Shown here: in pieces, positions 57,996 to 64,000 of the stretch
Numbering within the stretch: position 1 is the stretch's first letter
Layout of the letters: every line of letters starts with the position of its first letter
Source of the DNA: a virus
Strand: one strand, 5' to 3'
Length of the DNA: 64,000 nucleotides
Virus record (IMG/VR): IMGVR_UViG_3300030117_005585
Coordinates: 13,754-77,753 of that record
Translations under genes and position numbers: made by a program
The notes under the pieces: model-generated
The model's database searches: none
What the model saw: only the letters and a program-made list of their open reading frames with translations
What the model was told of the DNA's origin: nothing

Positions 57996-60020
57996 TTATT
58001 TCTCCAAAAATCTTTTGTTCATTGTTTTAGCGATTGGAAGCACTGCGGTTACATCTATGAACTCAGCACTTGAACCATACATTTTTGTAAAGGTTGAACT
58101 AGCTCTATCCCTATCCCAACTATCTCCGATGAAATAACTGAGAACTTTGACACCACGACCTCTGATTGAATCAACCATTTTCTTAGTGTGATTGACTGCT
58201 GTGTCGTAATTGTAATCAATGTCTTCATTAGAAAACATTGGCATACCATCTGAAAAGTTTAAGAAGTAGGAATCTTTATCATTAGAACCAACTTCAATTT
58301 CTTTCATCACAGCCTCAAAACATAAACCCTCTGGCGTAGTGCCTGATGGACGAAGCAAATGAAACAGATTTCTCACTTTTGAAATCTTATCAACTCTTGA
58401 ATCGTAAGCAATTAACATCAATGGACTTGTCTTATGACTTCTTCTACTCATTTGAGTTGATTGTGTGCTTCTGTATGAAATAACCAAATCAACATTGTTA
58501 ATCATTGAACAGGCTTTAGCAATCGCTGTTACGGCAGTTTGTGTATTTCTCCACTTATCTCCACCCATTGAGCCACTAGCATCAACTGAGATATGTAAGA
58601 AAGCATCAGAGTAAGATTCAACAAAGGTGGTGTTGAATACTCTTTCATTACCAAACCCAAGCTCAGCAATTAATCTTTTATCGATTCTACCACTATCCAA
58701 TCTAGTCCACTTAGTCTCACGTGACTCCCCACGCACCTGAAGTTTCTTACCTAAGATAGTTCCCATAACTAAACCCTTTTGAATACATTCTTTGTACTCT
58801 TCTGAAGACCATTGGTATGATGGATTTGTAATCATAGAAATTGTATCAGATTCAGCTAGTGCCTTATCGAATTTTTTTACCATAAGAACTTTAGTAGGAC
58901 TCTTTTTACCTGTCCATCTATCAGTAGCACCAGCAACATCAACATAACTCATTCCGGCAGACTCTACGGCATCCATAGCAGCCTTATCAGATTTGGTAAG
59001 TTTCTTCTTAGTAATATCACCATCCATAAATTTCTTCTGTTTTGAAACTGCATTTTCGAGCTGTTTTTTTTGTCTATCACTAAGTTGTGGTTTATCACCA
59101 CTATCTGAATCAGAACTACTAACACTTTCACCATTATCGGAACTTTCACTACCTTCGACATTTTCATCACCATTACCCTCTTCAGGTTCTTCAGTGGGAT
59201 TTACTGTTTGAACATCTAAGTTGTCCAAAAGAATACTAAAGACTTTTAGTGTAATATCAAAGGCCTCTTCAGTAGAGTTCAAAGATTTAACATTACTAAA
59301 AATAAGATTTCTGATTTTTTTGAGACCAGGTAAGGAATCCAAATCTGAGTTTTTATTTGTGAGATTGATAATTCTGAAAATATATGAATCCCAATCCAAA
59401 GAAGTGTATTCATCAGATTGAAGTGCTTTATCAATAATTTTAGAATGAAAATACTTATCATACATTGAGTGGTAGTAACCTTTGTAGCCAGGTGAATTTG
59501 AAAACACAAAGTAATCAATTCGTCTATCTTCTACATAATTAAGTAAATCCTTCAATTTAATTTTGACATCATCTCTATCAAAACCAAAGACTTCTGCTCT
59601 GTTGAAATATTCCTGAGGAATCTCATTCTCAAGATTTCTAAGAAAATCAAAATTAGAGAGTTTGATATGAGAACCTTCATGCAACGCCAAACCAACAGTT
59701 GGGTCGAATGTTTTGTCATCTAATTTAGAAGATATTACAACAGCTTTACCATCTGTATAACTATCTCCACGCGAATTAAAAGTAACTTTGATATCAGACT
59801 CACCAGTAACAATTGATACGAAATTACTGATAGCCCTACGATAAGATGCCAGTGCAACTAAATCTACACCTTTCTTAGTTTCTTCCTCATCAAAAATTGA
59901 TGTCCTACTGATATCATTGTCTAACCAAAAAGACGAATAATTATTTGTACGATTCTTAGCAGAGTATTTTTCTCTAAGAGCCATTGGGTTGAAGTTTCTG
60001 AGTGTGTTTGAATCTTTCAT
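57996..60020 (-). CDS. vWA-domain protein with N-terminal HExxH domain (MoxR partner, CobT-like)
   Basis: LHEGSH, NYVEDRRI, acidic linker, MIDAS VDASGSM, GTTPE, FSDGMP. Confidence 0.88.
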   Translation of the reverse strand: MKDSNTLRNFNPMALREKYSAKNRTNNYSSFWLDNDISRTSIFDEEETKKGVDLVALASYRRAISNFVSIVTGESDIKVTFNSRGDSYTDGKAVVISSKLDDKTFDPTVGLALHEGSHIKLSNFDFLRNLENEIPQEYFNRAEVFGFDRDDVKIKLKDLLNYVEDRRIDYFVFSNSPGYKGYYHSMYDKYFHSKIIDKALQSDEYTSLDWDSYIFRIINLTNKNSDLDSLPGLKKIRNLIFSNVKSLNSTEEAFDITLKVFSILLDNLDVQTVNPTEEPEEGNGDENVEGSESSDNGESVSSSDSDSGDKPQLSDRQKKQLENAVSKQKKFMDGDITKKKLTKSDKAAMDAVESAGMSYVDVAGATDRWTGKKSPTKVLMVKKFDKALAESDTISMITNPSYQWSSEEYKECIQKGLVMGTILGKKLQVRGESRETKWTRLDSGRIDKRLIAELGFGNERVFNTTFVESYSDAFLHISVDASGSMGGDKWRNTQTAVTAIAKACSMINNVDLVISYRSTQSTQMSRRSHKTSPLMLIAYDSRVDKISKVRNLFHLLRPSGTTPEGLCFEAVMKEIEVGSNDKDSYFLNFSDGMPMFSNEDIDYNYDTAVNHTKKMVDSIRGRGVKVLSYFIGDSWDRDRASSTFTKMYGSSAEFIDVTAVLPIAKTMNKRFLEK

Positions 60021-60043
60021 ATATTTCCTTTATTATATAAACA

Positions 60044-60072
60044 AAGCTACGAAGAATTTTGCTAATATACAA
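60044..60072 (-). promoter_or_regulatory. Repeated early promoter, copy 5
   Basis: TTGTAT-17 nt-TAGCTT. Confidence 0.85.
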
Positions 60073-60129
60073 GCATTATTTCTTGTTTTCTGGATATTTT
60101 TTTTATTGGTTGTCATATACTATATATGG

Positions 60130-60146
60130 TACAAGAACTGTACCAA
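60130..60146 (-). promoter_or_regulatory. Sigma54-like -24/-12 element
   Basis: TTGGTAC-AGTTC-TTGTA, with TGACAAAATG repeats upstream. Confidence 0.5.
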
Positions 60147-60207
60147 ACTCAAAAGTCTGTCATTTTGTCACCACTATCACACTATCACACATTTTGTCAG
60201 AAGTAGA

Positions 60208-60267
60208 AACGGCTCCTAGCTTTTTTAAGTTTGGTAGATAGTGGAAACTAAAAATTTAGGAGCCGTT
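60208..60267. other. Long hairpin (11-bp perfect arms, extendable inward)
   Basis: AACGGCTCCTA ... TAGGAGCCGTT. Confidence 0.7.
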
Positions 60268-60272
60268 ATAAA

Positions 60273-60690
60273 AATTGAAAATCGGGGGATGTAGGGTTAA
60301 CGATTACCTACAACTTCTAGCTCAGATTTTTTTTACTTTGTACCTAATACCTAAAAGTTACTTTAGTTCTCTTCAAAGTGGTTAGCTTCATTAGAGTGAG
60401 TACAACCTCTGTATTATTGCCTTATCTCTCTGAGTTTAGATTAATTCAGCCACTAAGTGGGATTTGGTTTTATCCTACCCACAACAAAGTCAAAGAATCG
60501 TGTTCTTTAGTTATTCTAGAAGTACATTCCAAGTCGTATGTCTACGAATCGCTTCAACCTACGATATTTAGCAGGTGGATATAGTCACCACAACTTCTTG
60601 GTAGATTCCCTTATGAGCTTCTATGTTTACTCATTATTCAGGCAATCCCATAAAGAGTTAATTACTCTCTTTACTTTCTATTTTCAAATT
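60273..60690 (-). ncRNA. Candidate large structured ncRNA (~415 nt)
   Basis: No credible ORF; the ends pair (TTGAAAAT/ATTTTCAA); many internal and long-range helices; ATATTTATA motif just upstream. Confidence 0.65.
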
Positions 60691-60745
60691 GTCAAAAAAC
60701 TTATAAATATATATATATTCGAAAAATCCCAAACTGTCTTTTTTT

Positions 60746-61357
60746 TTAAACTTTTTTCAATTTAAGTTTTAACTGAGATATGTAACCATCTATTTTTTTA
60801 ATGTCTTTATGGTCGTCTGACATTTTTTCTCTTCTTAAAATTAATTTACCTAATGCTTTTTGTATGTCTAATTTTGCTAAACCTTTCATACTTTTTCTGT
60901 AATATAGATGTTCTAATGCTTCGTCTTCTGCTTCTGCTCCACGAACACCAGCAACAGCCGTTATGTATTCTGTTTCATAAACTTCAGCATCAGCTATACT
61001 TTCTATTTCATTCCAAACTGTATTTTCCCACATAGCATCTAAGTCTAAATCTTCAAGTGGTTCAGCTAATTCTTTTTCTTTAGCTAATCTTTCCTCTTCT
61101 TGTTTCTTTTTTCTCTTGATGGCGAATTCAGCATCATAGTATGTAGTTGATAAAGAATCACATTCACTTAACCATTTACCGTAATTCTTCCAATTAGGTC
61201 TACCATTAGAATTTCTATATTCGGTATCATCACATTCAGTTCCTCTAAATGTAGATGTTTTAAATTCTGATACACGAGTTACATCTTGACTATAGCTTAG
61301 TTGGATGTTCAGACAAATAAAAAGTATTAGGGTTGTATTCAAAATACCAAATTTCAT
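60746..61357 (-). CDS. Exported protein at the end of the pilin operon
   Basis: Signal-peptide-like N-terminus, Cys pair, AVAGVRGAEAE motif. Confidence 0.6.
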   Translation of the reverse strand: MKFGILNTTLILFICLNIQLSYSQDVTRVSEFKTSTFRGTECDDTEYRNSNGRPNWKNYGKWLSECDSLSTTYYDAEFAIKRKKKQEEERLAKEKELAEPLEDLDLDAMWENTVWNEIESIADAEVYETEYITAVAGVRGAEAEDEALEHLYYRKSMKGLAKLDIQKALGKLILRREKMSDDHKDIKKIDGYISQLKLKLKKV

Positions 61358-61685
61358 TATTCATTCTCCTATGATATAGTTTAGTTCCATCAAATTGCCA
61401 TTCATTATCTTCATCTGGTAATCCCAAATCAAAAGTAACAATGACACCTCTCGTACGACCTAATACTAAAAGTGGATGTTCAGGCCAACTTTCAATACCT
61501 GTTAATTCTTTTTGTTTCTCAGAGTATATTTCTAACTCTTCCCAAATTTTGTATGTAAAATCTTTTTCGAATTTAAGCTCTTCTAATTCAATTCTTTTTT
61601 CAAATCTTGGTATAGATACAACACTCAAAATTCCAATCAATAAAATCACTATAACTAATTCAATCATAGTGTAGCCTTTACTCAT
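61290..61685 (-). CDS. Type IV prepilin-like protein
   Basis: KG|YTMIELVIVILLIGILSVVSIPRF. Confidence 0.9.
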   Translation of the reverse strand: MSKGYTMIELVIVILLIGILSVVSIPRFEKRIELEELKFEKDFTYKIWEELEIYSEKQKELTGIESWPEHPLLVLGRTRGVIVTFDLGLPDEDNEWQFDGTKLYHRRMNNEIWYFEYNPNTFYLSEHPTKL

Positions 61686-62131
61686 TAGATTTCTCCGATT
61701 ACATATTCCTCATATGATGGACTATCTTCATCCACATCACTAATGATAAATAGTTTAGTTATATATCCTTGTGAAGAAGTATCAGATTTTATTTCATATT
61801 TAAATGGATTTCTGTTAGAGTTGAGCGGTAGATCTCCACTAAACAAATGATTAGGAGTTCTACCATCAGAGAGTATTAACTCAAAATAATCTTCATCTAA
61901 TAAATTGTTTTCTGGCTCAGTTGGAAGCTGTGGATTACCTTTCATATGAGTTTCTTGATAATATCTTAAAAATGAATCTTTTATGATTGACATATTAGCA
62001 AGGTTGATTTGCTTTTGGGTATCCATAGTTAAATTACTAAAAGTGGGAATAGCAAATGACATCACTACTCCCACCAAAGCAATACTAACTACTAACTCCG
62101 CCAATGTGAAACCAGCATTTGAGTTTCTCAT
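61685..62131 (-). CDS. Type IV prepilin-like protein
   Basis: AG|FTLAELVVSIALVGVVMSFAIPTF. Confidence 0.9.
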   Translation of the reverse strand: MRNSNAGFTLAELVVSIALVGVVMSFAIPTFSNLTMDTQKQINLANMSIIKDSFLRYYQETHMKGNPQLPTEPENNLLDEDYFELILSDGRTPNHLFSGDLPLNSNRNPFKYEIKSDTSSQGYITKLFIISDVDEDSPSYEEYVIGEI

Positions 62132-62142
62132 TGGTTTCTCCT

Positions 62143-62574
62143 TTAATCTACGATAGCTTCTCTAGCACCAATTGAACCAACACCAGCATTATCGCCTGAT
62201 TGAACTCCTTTGTCGTATGCCCAAGCATAACGAGAGTTATCTTTTCGTTGGTGTGTGATTTTGTTAGTTGTGGTATTGTATGTCCACTCACCATCGGTAT
62301 CAGCATTATCAACATCTGTTGAATCATATCCAACTGGCACCTGATCTAAAGCAGCAAAAGGATGGTCAGGCCAACTCTTTCTACCGTTATCAAGAAGTTG
62401 TTCAACAGCGTAATTTTCTAAACCAGCTTTCACAGAAGAAATTATTGCATTTTCAGCAGCTTCTTCAGCTTTGTCTACCACACCAACATATCTTGGTATG
62501 GCTACGGCTGCAAGAATTCCTAAAATGATAGTAACCATTATTAGTTCTATTAATGTGAATCCTTTGTTGTTCAT
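62143..62574 (-). CDS. Type IV prepilin (major-pilin-like)
   Basis: KG|FTLIELIMVTIILGILAAVAIPRY. Confidence 0.93.
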   Translation of the reverse strand: MNNKGFTLIELIMVTIILGILAAVAIPRYVGVVDKAEEAAENAIISSVKAGLENYAVEQLLDNGRKSWPDHPFAALDQVPVGYDSTDVDNADTDGEWTYNTTTNKITHQRKDNSRYAWAYDKGVQSGDNAGVGSIGAREAIVD

Positions 62575-62592
62575 TGTATTCTCCGTTAGATT

Positions 62593-63231
62593 CTAAGGTT
62601 GTAATTTCTTGTTAAAGTTCTTTGGACTTTCCAAATCTGCAATATAAAGAATTGGAGCATAGGATTGTTGTCCACTTCCACCACCAGCAATTACTGTGTA
62701 GATATAGTGACCGTCCTGAAAAGGTGATTTGATAGCATTACCACCAAACTCATTTAAGAACTCTTCAGCACCAGCTGAAACATCAAATGAACCATCACCA
62801 TTATCATCTTCTGATACATTCACAGAAGAACCTTGAGGTGCTGGTGACTCTAAATTGTCAGTTCCAAACACAGAAGCCCATTGTGATGCCTCTTCACTTT
62901 CATAAGTTTCGAATACATCGATACTTGAGAGAAGTAAATCTTCGTTAGCATATCCACCATTATCATCAGGCACACTTTCGTTATACTTTACCTGACCAGG
63001 AAATCTACCACGACCTTCTGATGTTACTTTAGCGTTATAAAAATTGTTAGCTGATTTCATTATCTTATCGATATCAGCTAATGTTTTTTTCTCCTTTGCA
63101 CCCTCTCCAACTCCTGAAAATTTAGGTGCGGCAGTTGTAGCAAGTGTAGCCATCATAGCAGTTGTTACTGCAAATTCGGCAAGTGACTGCCCACTTCTAC
63201 CCTTTAGATGTTTTTGTATTGTTTTGAACAT
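62593..63231 (-). CDS. Atypical prepilin-like protein
   Basis: Start corrected to ATG 63231 (AAGGAG RBS); SG|QSLAEFAVTTAMMATLATTAAPKF. Confidence 0.8.
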   Translation of the reverse strand: MFKTIQKHLKGRSGQSLAEFAVTTAMMATLATTAAPKFSGVGEGAKEKKTLADIDKIMKSANNFYNAKVTSEGRGRFPGQVKYNESVPDDNGGYANEDLLLSSIDVFETYESEEASQWASVFGTDNLESPAPQGSSVNVSEDDNGDGSFDVSAGAEEFLNEFGGNAIKSPFQDGHYIYTVIAGGGSGQQSYAPILYIADLESPKNFNKKLQP

Positions 63232-63272
63232 TATGTTCTCCTTAATTAAGATTAGTATTAACACTTATATAG

Positions 63273-63289
63273 TACAATTACTGTACCAA
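63273..63289 (-). promoter_or_regulatory. Sigma54-like -24/-12 promoter of the pilin operon
   Basis: TTGGTAC-AGTAA-TTGTA about 40 nt upstream of the start codon; TGTAAC/GTTAC repeats at about 63396-63445. Confidence 0.55.
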
Positions 63290-63449
63290 ACTTGCGAATA
63301 TTGAAAACTTTTTCTTCTTAGTTTTTGTAAACAATTGTGGTACAGGTATTTACTTGAATAAAAAAAATCCTTAACAAAAATTAAGGATTAGAATGTGTAA
63401 CATTTTGGTTTACTATGTTACAGTTATGTAACATAAATTTACGATTAGA

Positions 63450-63782
63450 CTAAATACCACCTCTTATATTGTGTTGTGCTTTAGTATATCTTTTATCTCC
63501 GATAGTAGATGAATCCGCCATTACATTGATTTCATTTGGTGTTTGAAATCCTTTTTGAATACCAGCTTTTTTTAATCTATTACTCACCATATCGGTTAAA
63601 TCACCCTTGCCTTCAGGATTCTTCTTTTCGAAATAATCTCTACCTAAAGCTATAGTTAATCTATCCTCATCATCCAAATGAATTGTAGCTCGAACTGGCA
63701 CACCCTTTAAGGCTTTCACTACTTTATCAAATAGTTTCTTATCTGCTTTCTTTTCAACTATCAAATCTTTTAATTTAATCAT
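63450..63782 (-). CDS. Phage hypothetical protein (possible internal head protein)
   Basis: MIKLKDLIVE N-terminus. Confidence 0.65.
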   Translation of the reverse strand: MIKLKDLIVEKKADKKLFDKVVKALKGVPVRATIHLDDEDRLTIALGRDYFEKKNPEGKGDLTDMVSNRLKKAGIQKGFQTPNEINVMADSSTIGDKRYTKAQHNIRGGI

Positions 63783-64000
63783 TGTGATTTATCATCTAGT
63801 CCATCTTTACCATCAAAGTAATTGTAAACACTTTGTAAGTAATCCATAGACTTAGTGAGTTTAGATTGAACCCAAGCCGGCATTTGAACCTCACCGCCAT
63901 CACCAACATTGTCAACTATTTTGTAAATCATTTTTGCGTATTCCATAGAACGCTCTAACTGTGACTTTGCCATTTGCCCTTCATGGTCACTAGCCTCATT
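63779..64000 (-). CDS. Phage protein, C-terminal part (starts beyond the window)
   Basis: Frame open to window end: NEASDHEGQMAKSQL...PAWVQSKLT. Confidence 0.65.
   Translation of the reverse strand, partial: NEASDHEGQMAKSQLERSMEYAKMIYKIVDNVGDGGEVQMPAWVQSKLTKSMDYLQSVYNYFDGKDGLDDKSQ

Noticed and set aside
60059-60765. Short plus-strand ORFs in the 60.0-60.7 kb gap
   Set aside because: No RBS or protein-like composition; they overlap promoter and RNA-structure elements
1507-63304. Numerous plus-strand ORFs and nested minus-strand ORFs in the ORF track
   Set aside because: They are antisense or alternate-frame shadows of well-supported genes, with no RBS or motifs. Only 38196-38417 and the unlisted 15473-15643 are credible plus-strand genes.
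1-64000. CRISPR array, diversity-generating retroelement, intron/intein, transposase
   Set aside because: No regularly spaced repeats, reverse transcriptase, splicing motifs or transposase seen; terminase, portal and primase are uninterrupted

Overview
A 64-kb, AT-rich, densely coding fragment of a large T4-like (gp17/gp20-type) myovirus genome. Almost all genes are on the minus strand. It contains: a head/packaging block (portal, large terminase); a long tail-fibre-like protein; a replication/recombination block (fused Mre11-Rad50/SbcDC, primase, resolvase); a baseplate/tail block with an inserted ferredoxin; a sigma-like factor; a DUF4338 / PD-(D/E)xK / glycosyltransferase / HD cluster; and an accessory region with tRNA-Gly, tmRNA, peptide deformylase, Hsp20, J-domain protein, GH108 endolysin, SNase-like nuclease and a MoxR-vWA pair. 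The most notable signals, several missed by the ORF track, are: (1) a phage-encoded SelW/Rdx selenoprotein (CxxU, in-frame TGA followed by a SECIS-like hairpin); (2) an operon of four type IV prepilin genes behind a sigma54-like promoter; (3) a ~415-nt non-coding region with extensive long-range base pairing that looks like a large structured RNA with its own promoter; (4) a tmRNA with a 36-codon tag; (5) three classes of repeated promoter motif. All family calls come from reading motifs by eye; no database searches were run. The host is unknown, with weak hints of a marine FCB-group organism that uses selenocysteine.
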